DNA from: Syntrophales bacterium
Lineage (GTDB): Bacteria > Desulfobacterota > Syntrophia > Syntrophales > UBA2210
Assembly: GCA_963662405.2 (NCBI GenBank)
Contig: CAXXKT010000002.1
Span: forward strand, 352,001 to 416,000
Reading direction: 5' to 3'
DNA: 64,000 nt
A program made the translations under genes and the position numbers. How positions within the stretch are numbered: the stretch's first letter is position 1; each line of letters begins with the position of its first letter. Positions 42,457-53,668 of this stretch are shown here, piece by piece. The notes beneath the pieces are model-generated. The model did no database searches, was not told the DNA's origin, and was given only the letters and a program-made list of their open reading frames with translations.

Positions 42457-43026
42457 ATGGAAACAATCGGCATACTCAACCTTTCCGGTGTCGGCCCCGT
42501 CCATCTTCGCAGGAGTACCAGGGCAAAGCGCATGTCAATCTCCATGACCGCTTCCGGCGAGGTACATGCCACCCTCCCGTTGCACGGGACAGTCCGTCAG
42601 GCGAAGGCATTCCTCTGTGAAAAATCAGACTGGATAACGGGCCACCGCCGGAAGGCGTGCCTCCTCCGCCTCCATCACAAAAAACTCGCCGTGTCCCGAA
42701 AGTGTATGTCCCGGAGACAGGCTGAGGTTTTTCTCCGGGAACGCATCGACCGACTTGCTCGGGAATACGGCTTTTCCTTCAACAGGGTTTCCGTCCGCAA
42801 TCAGAAGACCCGCTGGGGGAGCTGCTCGGCGAACAACAATATCAGCCTCAACGAGAAACTCACCCGGCTCCCCGATCGACTGATCGATTTTGTCCTCCTC
42901 CACGAACTGGTCCACACTCGGGTGAAGAACCACGGCAGGGACTTCTGGATGGAACTCGGAAAATATGTGGATAATGTGGAGGCCCTTCGGAAGGAATTCC
43001 GGCAGTACCGTCTGGATCTCCTCTGA
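42457..43026 (+). CDS. YgjP/DUF45 (M48-like) metal-dependent hydrolase
   Basis: KTRWGSC, HELVH...NH...FW. Confidence 0.88.
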   Translation: METIGILNLSGVGPVHLRRSTRAKRMSISMTASGEVHATLPLHGTVRQAKAFLCEKSDWITGHRRKACLLRLHHKKLAVSRKCMSRRQAEVFLRERIDRLAREYGFSFNRVSVRNQKTRWGSCSANNNISLNEKLTRLPDRLIDFVLLHELVHTRVKNHGRDFWMELGKYVDNVEALRKEFRQYRLDLL

Positions 43027-43090
43027 AACAGCGCGCGCCTCATGGAGGGAACTCGTATCTTTGGCAGCTCCCTCGATCTTTCTCCCGTTC

Positions 43091-44380
43091 CTATCCCCGC
43101 TCTTCAATCGGCACGTAGCTTCGCTCCCTGTGCCCCGTGTAGACCTGCCGCGGGCGATACAACTTCCACTTTGGATCATCGATACTCTCCCACCACTGGC
43201 TGATCCACCCCGGCAGCCGTCCGATGGCGAACATGACGGGAAACATGTTCAAGGGAATCCCGATCGTCCTCAGCACGATACCACTGTAAAAATCCACGTT
43301 GGGATAGAGGTTGTGATCGAGAAAATAGGAATCATGCGTCGCGATCTCTTCCAGATTGAGGGCGATATCGAGGAGGGGATCAGTGGTGCCGAACTTTGTC
43401 AGGAGTTTGTTACAGACATCCTTGAGAATGGGAACCCGCGGGTCATAAGTTCGGTAGACCCGGTGTCCGAACCCCATAAGACGGAAGGGGTCATTCTTGT
43501 CCTTGGCCCGGGCGATGAACGGTGTCGGATCGCCGCCATTGTCATATATCTGCTGCAACATCTCGATCACCGCCTGGTTCGCCCCTCCGTGCAGGGGACC
43601 CCAAAGGGCACAGATTCCCGCTGAGATTGCGGCGTACAGATTGACCCGCGCGCTCCCCACATGCCGGACCGCCGAGGTTGAACAGTTCTGCTCATGATCG
43701 GCATGGAGAACAAAAAAGACGTCAAGGGCCCGTACCACATCCGGGTCAATGGCATACGGATGAACGGGCGAATCGAACATCATATTGAGGAAATTCGCGC
43801 AATACCCCAGCTTATGGGAGGGATAAATCACCCGGTGGCCGCGGGATATCTGGTACGACATGGCGGCGAGCGTCCTGAGCTTTGAGATGAGCCTCGTCAC
43901 CGTGATATTGATCTCTTCTTCCTCCGATCTCTCAGGAACGGCCGGATAAAAAGCCCTGAGGGCGTTTACCATGGACGAGAGGATCCCCATCGGGTGCGCC
44001 CCCCGGGGGTATTTCTCAAAAAAGGCGCGCATATCCTCATGGACCAGGGAATGGGAGTTCAGCAGACCGGAGAACTTTTTCAACTGGTTGCCCGTGGGAA
44101 GTTCACCGTTGATAAGGAGATAGGCGACCTCGGTAAAGGATGCCCGTTCAGCCAGCTCTTCAATGGGAATCCCCCGGTATCTGAGGGTACCTGTTTTCCC
44201 ATCCATATAGGTAATCGAGCTGACGCAGCTTCCCGTATTCCCATAGCCGGGATCAAGGGTGATGCACCCTGTTTCCTTCAGGAGATTCGATATATCGATC
44301 GCCTTCTCCCCCTCGGAACCCGTCACAACCGGGAACTCGTATGTCTTTCCTCCAACCGTCAGTTTGGCCGTTTCGCCCAT
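43091..44380 (-). CDS. gltA: Citrate synthase
   Basis: HADHEQNCST, GPLHGGAN, GFGHRVY, YPNVDFYSG. Confidence 0.96.
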   Translation of the reverse strand: MGETAKLTVGGKTYEFPVVTGSEGEKAIDISNLLKETGCITLDPGYGNTGSCVSSITYMDGKTGTLRYRGIPIEELAERASFTEVAYLLINGELPTGNQLKKFSGLLNSHSLVHEDMRAFFEKYPRGAHPMGILSSMVNALRAFYPAVPERSEEEEINITVTRLISKLRTLAAMSYQISRGHRVIYPSHKLGYCANFLNMMFDSPVHPYAIDPDVVRALDVFFVLHADHEQNCSTSAVRHVGSARVNLYAAISAGICALWGPLHGGANQAVIEMLQQIYDNGGDPTPFIARAKDKNDPFRLMGFGHRVYRTYDPRVPILKDVCNKLLTKFGTTDPLLDIALNLEEIATHDSYFLDHNLYPNVDFYSGIVLRTIGIPLNMFPVMFAIGRLPGWISQWWESIDDPKWKLYRPRQVYTGHRERSYVPIEERG

Positions 44381-44678
44381 ATAGCAACCCCTCTGAGTAA
44401 AATGAACTGCTCTATATAGCAAACTTGGAGGGTCTTTACCAGCAGCGAGTGATCTTCGAGCAGAAGACACCGTATGATCGGGACGGGAAACATCCGAGAC
44501 ACAGCCGCGATTTATGTGCCAAAGCCTACCTCAGACCCGAGCCTCGAATCATCGTCAGATCAACTCAACCCACCGAAACCGACGCAATGATTCTCTCCCC
44601 ATGTGTAACAAATAATTTACGTCCGGCGGATTCCATGATACAGAAAAACCATACCGCCGAGGATCGAGGGACTGCTCT

Positions 44679-45374
44679 ATGACGGATCTTGAAACGCGGA
44701 TTATCCCCCTATTAGCCCGGTTACGCGACATGCGCATTGTCTGGGATCTGATGGGCTCGTTCTATAACCGGCGCATACCCGATCTCATCACCGAACTCTA
44801 TGAACATATAGCCGGAGAGCTTACGACAGACAATCACGCACAGATCCTCGACGCGGGTGCGGGTCGCGGGTACCTGTCATTGCTTCTGGCATCCCGAAAT
44901 CCGGATGCCCATGTGACGGGAATCGATTATTCCCTGATGCAGGTACTCAGGGCAAGAAGCTACCGCCGGCAGAGAAGAATACGGAACTGTTCGTTCCGGC
45001 AGAGCAATATCTTGTCTCTCCCGTTTACAGACGCCCTCTTTGACGCGGTGGTCAGCGTGGGATCGATAAAACACTGGCCCGATCCTCAGCGGGGGCTCAT
45101 GGAACTGCGACGGGTCATCAAGCCCGGCGGCGCCCTGATCATTGCGGAAACAAACCGGGATGCGCCGGATGATGCCCTCCGAGCAATAGCCAGACGTTTT
45201 CACATCCCCTTCATACCGGAAGATCTCCTTTTCTGGGGACACCGCCACGTGGTCTTCGGGCAGAGTTATTCGGAAACAACGCTGGCGGACATCGTCCGTA
45301 AAGCGGGGTTTCGCCGTATTGATCACCAGCACGTGCCCGCCTGCCCTTACGTCATTGTCAAAGCGTTGAGCTAA
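44679..45374 (+). CDS. Class I SAM-dependent methyltransferase
   Basis: LDAGAGRG, LPF..FDAV, KPGG. Confidence 0.88.
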   Translation: MTDLETRIIPLLARLRDMRIVWDLMGSFYNRRIPDLITELYEHIAGELTTDNHAQILDAGAGRGYLSLLLASRNPDAHVTGIDYSLMQVLRARSYRRQRRIRNCSFRQSNILSLPFTDALFDAVVSVGSIKHWPDPQRGLMELRRVIKPGGALIIAETNRDAPDDALRAIARRFHIPFIPEDLLFWGHRHVVFGQSYSETTLADIVRKAGFRRIDHQHVPACPYVIVKALS

Positions 45375-45498
45375 GAACGATACCTCCACGTCCACTGCTG
45401 GTAAATGGTTATTGGCCCCCGAAGCAGACCCCACTAAATCCTGATCTCCCCCTCAATTTCAAAAGGCCCAGGAGTTTTCTCCTGCGGTGTTCTTTCTG
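45364..45498 (+). repeat. ~135-bp direct repeat, copy 1
   Basis: Near-identical to 48065-48199 (about 5 substitutions by eye). Confidence 0.92.
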
Positions 45499-45724
45499 TA
45501 CGTAATAAGACCAGAGCAATACAGGCATCCACACTTTCAAACACAAGGGTGCAGGTCGGATCTCCTGATCGGTTTATTGAATACGGGCAGAAACACACAG
45601 AGGTAAAAGAGGTAGAGGAAGAGATTGCCGAATGCTTCATGGCTGATCATATCCTTGCGCATAGGGATGTTGTTGCCATTGCCCGGCATTGCATTTCCTT
45701 TGAACGCGATACTCGAGGGACTTA

Positions 45725-45931
45725 TTAATAATGAGGAGGTTTCTCATTCAGCGGGGGCTTCTCTCCGATGGCCTCCGGCAGATCCTTTATCTGACTCTCA
45801 AACACCTTACAGACCAACTCCAACTGATCGATCTGCTTTTGCTGCTCGCAGACCACACTGTTTAATTCCTTTATGGTTTCCTCCTGATAGAAAAGTTTTA
45901 TCTCGATGTCCACTAAGCGATTCTCAATCAT
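45725..45931 (-). CDS. slyX: SlyX family protein
   Basis: RLVDIEIKLFYQEETIKELN...EKPPHY. Confidence 0.88.
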   Translation of the reverse strand: MIENRLVDIEIKLFYQEETIKELNSVVCEQQKQIDQLELVCKVFESQIKDLPEAIGEKPPLNEKPPHY

Positions 45932-45994
45932 TACGTCTGCTCCTCCTCTGGGGAATGGCAAGTTTATTGTCCCCGGCTACAATATTCATGATGA

Positions 45995-47821
45995 CTATTC
46001 TTTCGAAATATTCTGTTCTTCCGTGCCGTGCAGATACCGCCGTATCTCAGCAAGAAATTTCTCCCCGTAGCGTTCGAGCTTATGGGTCCCAACGCCATGT
46101 ACATTCAGGAATGCCTCGTCATCCGTGGGCAGCGCGGCGGCCATCCCGACCAGAGATTTATCGCTGAAGATGACAAACGGCGGCACCTCAGCGGCATCGG
46201 CCAACGTTTTTCGCAGACTCCGGAGTCTCTTGAAGATCTCCTCATTGTAATCAGTATCGACGTCCTTCCGGCGAGTCGATTTCGTTGTGCCGGCCGGCTT
46301 TACACGCGGCGCCGCCATGGTCACGGTCTGTTCCCCCCGCAAGACAGGCCGAGCCGCATCAGTCAGAGTGAGTACCGAATAATTGCCCACATCCTGCTGG
46401 AGAAAGCCCCTGTAGACGAGATGGTGGAGAAGTCCACCCCAGTACTCCTGGCTCTTGTCGGCACCGATCCCGTAAGTTGAGAGGCCGTCGTGTCTAAGTT
46501 GCATTATCCGTTCCTTTTTGGAGCCACGCAGTACATCAATCACATGGCCCATACCGAAACGCTGATCCACACGGTAGACACAGGACAGGGCCTTCCGGGC
46601 ATCTTCCGTTACATCGATCATTTCCGGCGGGTGGAGGCAGGTATCGCAGTTGCCACAATCCTCTTCCATCCGTTCATCAAAATAGCCAAGGAGGATCCGG
46701 CGTCGGCAGCTTGAGGCCTCGGCGAAGGCAACCATGGCATTGAGTTTATGAAGCTCGATCCGCTTCCGCTCTTGATTGTGCGTATTTTCGATCAAGCTTC
46801 GCGCAATGGCAATATCGCCATACCCGAAGAGAAGCAGGGCCTCCGCCGCCAAGTCATCGCGACCGGCGCGACCCGTTTCCTGGTAGTAGCTTTCGATGTT
46901 TTTCGGGAGATCGTAATGGACAACGAACCGGATGTTGGATTTATCGATCCCCATACCGAAAGCCACCGTCGCCACCATAATCAGGACATCGTCCCGCAGA
47001 AATTCTTCCTGTACCCTTTGTCTCTCTTTCGCAGACAGTCCTGCATGATAGGGAGCCGCATTGAACCCAGCCGACTTCAGCTTTGCAGCCAGGCTGTCCA
47101 CGCGTTTGCGGCTGAGACAGTAAACAATACCGGCCTCGCCCGTGCGGTTTTTCAGAAAGCCCGTGAGCTGCGAAAAAGGCTTGATCTTATCGAGAACGGT
47201 GTAGCGGATATTGGGGCGGTCAAAGCTCGAAACATAACACCGGGCCTGCCTTAGGTTGAGCCGGTCAAGGATGTCCAAGCGGGTGTGAGACTCTGCCGTA
47301 GCCGTCAGGGCAATCATTGGTATTGTGGGGAATACATTGCGCAGGCGGCCAAGCTGGCTGTATTCGGGCCGGAAATCATGGCCCCACTGAGAAATACAGT
47401 GTGCCTCGTCAATCGCGAAAAGGGAGATGGGGATATCCTGAAGACGCTGGAGGAACTCCTCGCCGATCAATCTTTCGGGAGCGATATAGAGGAGGTCCAG
47501 TTTTCCAGTATGGAGCATGGCCAGAACCCGGCGGGCCTCGGTGCCCTTTAATGAAGAATTGTAAAAGGCCGCTTTGACCCCGCAGGTTTGGAGCGCATCG
47601 ACCTGGTCCTTCATCAGCGAGATAAGGGGAGAAACAACAATTCCGACACCCGGGCGATGAAGGGCGGGGATCTGATAACAGAGAGATTTCCCCCCTCCCG
47701 TAGGCATCAGGACAAAGGCGTCCTCGCCTTGGATCAGGCCCTCGATAATTTCCTGCTGCTGTGGCCGATAGGTTTCGTACCCGAAGATATTTTTAAGGCT
47801 TTCAAGTGGGCTTCCGATCAT
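45995..47821 (-). CDS. recQ: DNA helicase RecQ
   Basis: PTGGGKS, DEAHCISQWGHDFRP, QETGRAGRD, RQC and HRDC regions. Confidence 0.97.
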   Translation of the reverse strand: MIGSPLESLKNIFGYETYRPQQQEIIEGLIQGEDAFVLMPTGGGKSLCYQIPALHRPGVGIVVSPLISLMKDQVDALQTCGVKAAFYNSSLKGTEARRVLAMLHTGKLDLLYIAPERLIGEEFLQRLQDIPISLFAIDEAHCISQWGHDFRPEYSQLGRLRNVFPTIPMIALTATAESHTRLDILDRLNLRQARCYVSSFDRPNIRYTVLDKIKPFSQLTGFLKNRTGEAGIVYCLSRKRVDSLAAKLKSAGFNAAPYHAGLSAKERQRVQEEFLRDDVLIMVATVAFGMGIDKSNIRFVVHYDLPKNIESYYQETGRAGRDDLAAEALLLFGYGDIAIARSLIENTHNQERKRIELHKLNAMVAFAEASSCRRRILLGYFDERMEEDCGNCDTCLHPPEMIDVTEDARKALSCVYRVDQRFGMGHVIDVLRGSKKERIMQLRHDGLSTYGIGADKSQEYWGGLLHHLVYRGFLQQDVGNYSVLTLTDAARPVLRGEQTVTMAAPRVKPAGTTKSTRRKDVDTDYNEEIFKRLRSLRKTLADAAEVPPFVIFSDKSLVGMAAALPTDDEAFLNVHGVGTHKLERYGEKFLAEIRRYLHGTEEQNISKE

Positions 47822-48064
47822 GGATACAAATCCAACTCTGCTTCTTCGTAATCAAAAATACAGCCGTCGCGGGCTTACCTTACCCTTCCATGAAGCCCCA
47901 AGACGGTGGACGGGCCCAAGAAAAAGCCGAGGCGGATTTTTGCTCGGGCAGGGGAGCTCTTAACTCTTTTTTTACATTCGTGTCTACAAATGAATTATTG
48001 AAACCCCCTCCAGCTTCCTGCACCGCAAGCTCACTTTTTCAAAAGCTCAACTGCAAATACAAGA

Positions 48065-48199
48065 CGTTGAGCTAAGAACGATACCTCCACGTCCACTGCT
48101 GGTAAATGGTTATTGGCCCCCGAAGCAGACCCGAGTAAATCCTGATCTCCCCTTCAATTTCAAAAGACCCAGGAGTTTTCTCCTGCGGTGTTCTTCCTG
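48065..48199 (+). repeat. ~135-bp direct repeat, copy 2
   Basis: Matches 45364-45498. Confidence 0.92.
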
Positions 48200-48458
48200 A
48201 AGTTGATAAAGTCATGCATGATTGATTAGTTGTAGATTTCTTTTCGAAAAGATCAGCTTACCCGTGATCCTTTACTTATTTCGAAATAAGATGGCATGTG
48301 AAAAAATTTTCTGCTGTTCCTATTGTTTGCTATTATTAATAGTAAGTCAAAAGCAGACTTGATAATCATATTTATTGGAGTTATCTTTGTCATTAAGGCA
48401 AATAGGGGTATCAACGTCAACAAAGTCATCAACCATCACCATCAGGATGGAGGAAATC

Positions 48459-48797
48459 ATGAAAAGCAAGAACAGATTTCGCGGAATGATGTTTTTTCTG
48501 GCCGGTCTTCTCACCGCTTCAATCTTTCAGTTCAGCTTTCCAGACCAACAGGAGGTCCTGGCGGATCAGTACTGGTGCATTCGGCATGATCTGGATGCAC
48601 AAGGTATGACCGGAAACATTCCTGACCCCGAATTCACCATCACCTACGATGTTCCCACGTGCTATGGTAATAATGGTTACCACGTTGAGAGAGTCTACAT
48701 GTACGGTAACCAGGTTGCTGTACATTATAAAAACCCAAATGCCGTAATGCCTAGCTTCAAAGGTCTACAAGGAGGAGGATTTAGCACCATTCCTTGA
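48459..48797 (+). CDS. Unknown small secreted protein, paralog A
   Basis: GGAGG RBS, signal-like N-terminus; 42/56 aa identical to the core of 57862-58146. Confidence 0.8.
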   Translation: MKSKNRFRGMMFFLAGLLTASIFQFSFPDQQEVLADQYWCIRHDLDAQGMTGNIPDPEFTITYDVPTCYGNNGYHVERVYMYGNQVAVHYKNPNAVMPSFKGLQGGGFSTIP

Positions 48798-49242
48798 CAA
48801 CCTTGCAACTGCGAGATCGGTTGAAAATGGGTCAGATCTTTCTGTTTTTATCCAGAGTTCTCCACTTCAGATACCCGCTAAAACCGTTCAGAGAGCTTTT
48901 GGATTGAGGGGGTCTATGGGTGTAAAAAATATTGCGTCGGAAAAATGAGGAACACTTCCTTCCTGTTATCCACAAATCGTCAGCCTTGGCAAAAATGCTA
49001 GACTTCAATCCGTAATCAACTGAACAACCAAGAACCGAGCGCTGGCATGAAGGCTGTATGGATAATCTACGCAGTATTGCTCAACATAATTGCGGCATTT
49101 ATAGATTACTTTGTAGCCAAGAAGAAATGGATTTTTTGTAGGTACAGGAAACAATGAGAATAACATTTCCAAAGCTACACTACTGTACCTTTTATAAACT
49201 CTCACTATATAGATTGCAGTGTTAGGTAGGCTGGATCTTTTT

Positions 49243-49734
49243 CTATCTGTAAAAATCTCGCAAGCCTCGAGTTGAGACGACATCATCTAAAACAGCATCT
49301 ACCCATCCAGATGTAGCATTTTCTCTCGAATCAAATCTCTTTATGTAAGGTTTAATGTCGAGCAACGGTGTACCATCCAATATATCAACATTCTTAACAT
49401 AAAGGATATTCTTTTCAATTTTCTCCAACCGCACAAGGCTCATGCCTAATTTGTTGGGACGATACGGAGCACGGGTAGCAAAAATGCCATGTTCTTCATC
49501 CGAAAGATAAGTCTTTAAGCGAAGATAGGTATCTTCGGATCGGTTGAAACAGTAAAGCAAGTAAATGTGAGAGAAGCCCGCTAAACCCTTCAAGCCATCA
49601 ATATATGGGGTATCCAATATAACCGTACCCTCAATATTCTCGCATAAAATAGGTTGGATCGGAATCTCTGACAGTTTTTTATGGGGTGAGCTTATAACTC
49701 CTATCGGTTGGAAATTAAAAGTGTGACCATTCAT
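49243..49734 (-). CDS. tsaA: tRNA t6A37 N6-methyltransferase TrmO/TsaA
   Basis: PIGVISS, GIFATRAPYRPN, DGTPLLDIKPY. Confidence 0.88.
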   Translation of the reverse strand: MNGHTFNFQPIGVISSPHKKLSEIPIQPILCENIEGTVILDTPYIDGLKGLAGFSHIYLLYCFNRSEDTYLRLKTYLSDEEHGIFATRAPYRPNKLGMSLVRLEKIEKNILYVKNVDILDGTPLLDIKPYIKRFDSRENATSGWVDAVLDDVVSTRGLRDFYR

Positions 49735-50467
49735 CGTAGCATCCTTTATGAAAACAATTTTAACAAGTAATATACATGGATTTTGTGAGCTTTCCCCCTT
49801 CCAACAAAGGCACCATTACTTATTCCCAAAGCCGGATCTAGTGTCTATCATATTTACCCCACGGTCAGGTATTCAAAAGTACATACGATATTCTCAGTCC
49901 GTCAAACCGGTAACTTATTAACCCCATGGCGGAGCATGTCAAGGAATAATCACTTGGTGGTGGGCAACGGAAGACGGCAACTCATTTTTGTTTGTCTCTT
50001 CCTGTACTAGATAAAATGGAGATCGATATGGGTTTCACACTTCAAATACAAAGCTTCAGTGGGGCTGATCAGTCTAGATCATTGAATGCGGGATGAAAGG
50101 TGCGTTTTTAGGAGGGCCATTTTTCTGATGATCGGGGCTGTTTGTAACTTCCTGAAATCACTAAGACGTCAGTTTTGATAAAAATGCATCCTTTTAAACG
50201 GTAAGCAGCGTTTGATTGACTATATCCCACGTTGACATTTCAACAGTTATCATGTAAATTTTACAGAGTTTTTTCATATCAGCTTGGCTATTTTTGTTTT
50301 CGGATCATCCCTTTTGCTACAACGTTAGGGGTAATATGCGAAATTCATCCAGAATAAATCAAGACCCATATTATTTTACCACAGCGGCGATTTATCAGGA
50401 GTAAATAGGACTTCTGCACATTTGTGCAGACTGTCCGTTTCCTATCCAGATTTTAGCAGGTGACCTT

Positions 50468-52663
50468 ATGAAGGATGCCAATAAGATAAAGAGTCGTCTC
50501 GTACATGAACTGAGTGAATTGCGGTTACAAAAGGGCGAGGAGATATCGGCCAGGCTTGTTGCCGAGGAGGCTCTTCGCTATGTCGAAAGCATCGTGGAAA
50601 CTGTTCGAGAGCCCCTTCTGGTTCTGAATGCGGATCTGAAGATAATCTCGACGAACCGTAATTTTTACAAAACATTTGAAGTAACTCCTGGTGAAACAAT
50701 TGGGAATTTCATCTTTGACCTTGGAAACAAACAATGGGACATCCCCAAACTTCGTGAGATTCTCGAAGAAATCCTTCAGGAAAAACAAGAGTTCCATAAT
50801 TTCGAGGTTACCCACGATTTCCAAGTCATCGGTCATAAAACCATGCTGCTCAATGCCCGCCAGATATATCGGAAAGAGGTCGGCCCAAAGATGATCCTTG
50901 TCGCCATTGAGGACATCACCGAGCGCAAACGAGAGAAATACCTATTAATGGAGGCTGAAGAGCTTTACCGGCGTGTCTTTGAGACCGCAAGCGACGGGAT
51001 ACTGCTTTTTGAAAAGAGCTTAGGGAAGATTACCCACGCCAACCCAGCCACCAAAAGGATGTTGGGCTATACCGCAGATGAGATCATCGGGAATAAGCTT
51101 CCGGACATCGGTGTTGTGCTCGACGCAAGTGATTTCCAAACGACAATGAAAGATTTAAATGAAAAAGGCATTATTCAATACAATGATGTCCCGGTAAGAA
51201 CCAAATCCGAGCAGTATATCAGTACTGATATATGCCTTGTCGACAGGGCAAAGGTGGTACAATGCAATATTCGCGATATTGCCGATCGCAAGAAGGCGGA
51301 GGCTGAAATTGAGGAAAGCGAAGAACGGTTTCGTGTCATTTTCGAACGCACCACTATCGGCAAGTCTCTGACGAAGCCGGATGGAAGTCTCCTGCAGGTG
51401 AACAGGGCCTTTGCCGACATGCTGGGTTATAGTATCGAGAAACTCCAACAATTCAATTTCGAGCACATCACCCATCCGGACGACGTAGCGGAAAGCCAGG
51501 AATATATCCGTTCCCTCGTAGCCGGTGAGCAGACCGATTGTCGATTTGAAAAGCGATACCTCCACAAAAACGGCGATACCGTCTGGGCAGATGTCAGCAC
51601 CACGTTACAGCGTAATGCGCAAGGAATCCCCCTTTACCTTATTACCAGTATCGTGGATATCACCGAGCGCAAGCGGGTGGAGGAGGCTTTAAGGGAAAGC
51701 GAATTGCTTTTCAGAAAAGTATTTGAAGACCATGCAGCAGTTAAGATGATCTTAGATCCGGATACTGGGGATATCCTTGATGTCAACAGGGCAGCGGTGA
51801 AATTTTATGGATGGTCGCGTGTACAACTCACGCAGATGAAGATTCAAGAGATCAACACCCTTTCGCCTGAAGAGATCAAAAAGGAGATGGAGGAGGCCAG
51901 AAGCAATAAAAAAGTGCATTTCGAGTTTCGCCACAGGCGGGCCGACGGCTCAGTTCGAGATGTGGGGGCGTTCAGCAGCAAAATCAAAGTCAATAACAAG
52001 GATCTCCTTCATTCCATCATTTTTGACATCTCTGTTCGCAAACAGGCGGAGAAGGACCTCGTCAATACCCTCGAGCTTCTCAGGCATGCCGTCAACGCTA
52101 CTATTCAGGTCATAGTATCCACGGTTGAAGCCAGAGACCCCTATACTGCCAATCACCAGCTCCGCGTTGCGATCCTTGCCCGTGCTATCGCCACAGAGAT
52201 GAAGCTTCCCCAAAACATGATTGAAGGTTTCTATATAGTCGGTTCCATTCATGATCTCGGAAAACTATCCGTTCCCGCAGAGATATTGTCCAAACCAGGA
52301 AAGCTGACGGAGACCGAGTTTTCCCTGATCAAGGAACATGCCCAGAAAGGCTACGACATCCTGAAGAATGTGGAATCTTCCTGGCCGCTGGCGGAGATCG
52401 TCTACCAGCACCATGAACGGATGGACGGTTCGGGCTATCCGAGAAACCTGAAGGGGGATGAGATCCTCCTGGAGGCCCGTATCCTGGCCGTCTGTGACGT
52501 GGTCGAATCGATGGCCTCCCACCGTCCCTACCGCGCCGCCCTGGGTATCGACGCGGCCCTGAAAGAGATCGAGGACAACCGGGGGGTTCTGTACGACGCG
52601 GATGCGGTGGACGCCTGCCTGAGATTATTTCGGGAGAAAGGTTTTACATTAGAAAAGACTTGA
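50468..52663 (+). CDS. Multi-PAS HD-GYP phosphodiesterase
   Basis: Four PAS/PAC-like repeats; RDPYT, HDLGK, HHERMDGSGYP, HRPYR. Confidence 0.92.
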   Translation: MKDANKIKSRLVHELSELRLQKGEEISARLVAEEALRYVESIVETVREPLLVLNADLKIISTNRNFYKTFEVTPGETIGNFIFDLGNKQWDIPKLREILEEILQEKQEFHNFEVTHDFQVIGHKTMLLNARQIYRKEVGPKMILVAIEDITERKREKYLLMEAEELYRRVFETASDGILLFEKSLGKITHANPATKRMLGYTADEIIGNKLPDIGVVLDASDFQTTMKDLNEKGIIQYNDVPVRTKSEQYISTDICLVDRAKVVQCNIRDIADRKKAEAEIEESEERFRVIFERTTIGKSLTKPDGSLLQVNRAFADMLGYSIEKLQQFNFEHITHPDDVAESQEYIRSLVAGEQTDCRFEKRYLHKNGDTVWADVSTTLQRNAQGIPLYLITSIVDITERKRVEEALRESELLFRKVFEDHAAVKMILDPDTGDILDVNRAAVKFYGWSRVQLTQMKIQEINTLSPEEIKKEMEEARSNKKVHFEFRHRRADGSVRDVGAFSSKIKVNNKDLLHSIIFDISVRKQAEKDLVNTLELLRHAVNATIQVIVSTVEARDPYTANHQLRVAILARAIATEMKLPQNMIEGFYIVGSIHDLGKLSVPAEILSKPGKLTETEFSLIKEHAQKGYDILKNVESSWPLAEIVYQHHERMDGSGYPRNLKGDEILLEARILAVCDVVESMASHRPYRAALGIDAALKEIEDNRGVLYDADAVDACLRLFREKGFTLEKT

Positions 52664-52828
52664 TTATAAGTGGTAATGCTTACTTCAATTCCAAACCGAA
52701 AGGTATGGACTTGTAGGTGCTTTTGAGACGGGTTGTATCTCATTAATTCTTCCTGCCTTTATCCCTCACAATGTCTTATAACCTCCAAACCCCAAAGACC
52801 TCGCAAAGAAACGTTATGGAGGTGTTCC

Positions 52829-53668
52829 ATGATAACGAAAGAAGCAATAACTCTGTTCAAATATTATCTTCAATCGAACCATAAACAGAGAACCATCGAA
52901 AGTTATGCTCTCCTTCTTGAGAGGTTCGAGGCACAGTACTCGGACAGAGCTATAGAAGGCATCAGTCCCGATGAGATTTTTCATTTCCTGGAAGATCTCA
53001 CGAAGAATCTGGCCAGATCAACACGCAGATTGCGCTATGCCCAGTTGAAAGCATTTTACAACTTCATCATCGACCGCTGTTCCTTGAATATGAAGAATCC
53101 CTGTAATGCATCGTTGCTGAGCAAGTCATTCAAGGCGCCCAAACAGCTCCCCCGCAAGATACTGGATCGAGAAACCGTGGATGAAATGATCTACAGAACA
53201 AAGAGCCGACGGGATCGTTTGATTGTAGAGCTTCAAGCACGATGTGGGTTGAGAATAGGTGAATTGCTTAATATCAGGGTGTCAGATGTCTCAGATAGAA
53301 CCATTACCCTCAGGGAACCCAAATCAGGGAAAGAGGCGGAGATAGCATACATGCCTGAGAATGTATCGAGAAAGCTGGCTGAATACATCACTCAGCACGC
53401 CTTGCACGGAGAAGATCGGGTGTTTCCCATGTGCTATTCAACAGCACGATCTCTTATCAGAGGGCTGGGAGCGAAACTGAATGTCCAGGTATCGCCACAT
53501 GATCTCCGGAGATATTCAGCCACGTATGCAAGCAGAAATGGTATTCCCTTGGAAGTAATATCAAAGGTAATCTTGAGACATCAGGATTTGAAGACAACCC
53601 AGGTCTATCTCGGTAAGATATCAGACCAAGAGGCAATCCGGTGGATGGACATTCTCCACGGGAAATAG
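52829..53668 (+). CDS. Stand-alone Xer-like tyrosine recombinase (279 aa)
   Basis: GLRIGE, PKSG, HDLRR, LRH...TTQVY; no arm-binding domain; GGAGG RBS. Confidence 0.92.
   Translation: MITKEAITLFKYYLQSNHKQRTIESYALLLERFEAQYSDRAIEGISPDEIFHFLEDLTKNLARSTRRLRYAQLKAFYNFIIDRCSLNMKNPCNASLLSKSFKAPKQLPRKILDRETVDEMIYRTKSRRDRLIVELQARCGLRIGELLNIRVSDVSDRTITLREPKSGKEAEIAYMPENVSRKLAEYITQHALHGEDRVFPMCYSTARSLIRGLGAKLNVQVSPHDLRRYSATYASRNGIPLEVISKVILRHQDLKTTQVYLGKISDQEAIRWMDILHGK

Noticed and set aside
45438..45727. Startless plus-strand frame faintly like a cNMP-binding domain
   Set aside because: Similarity too weak to support by eye.
48045..48072. Integron attC site (RYYYAAC...GTTRRRY)
   Set aside because: Only 14 nt between the boxes, too short for attC; no L boxes or integron integrase seen.
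49005..49286. 93-aa minus-strand ORF
   Set aside because: No motif, overlaps the tsaA end; unsupported.
52829..53668. Integron integrase or housekeeping XerC/D
   Set aside because: Lacks the IntI-specific insertion and the Xer LRHSFATH/LLGH signature; no cassette array nearby.
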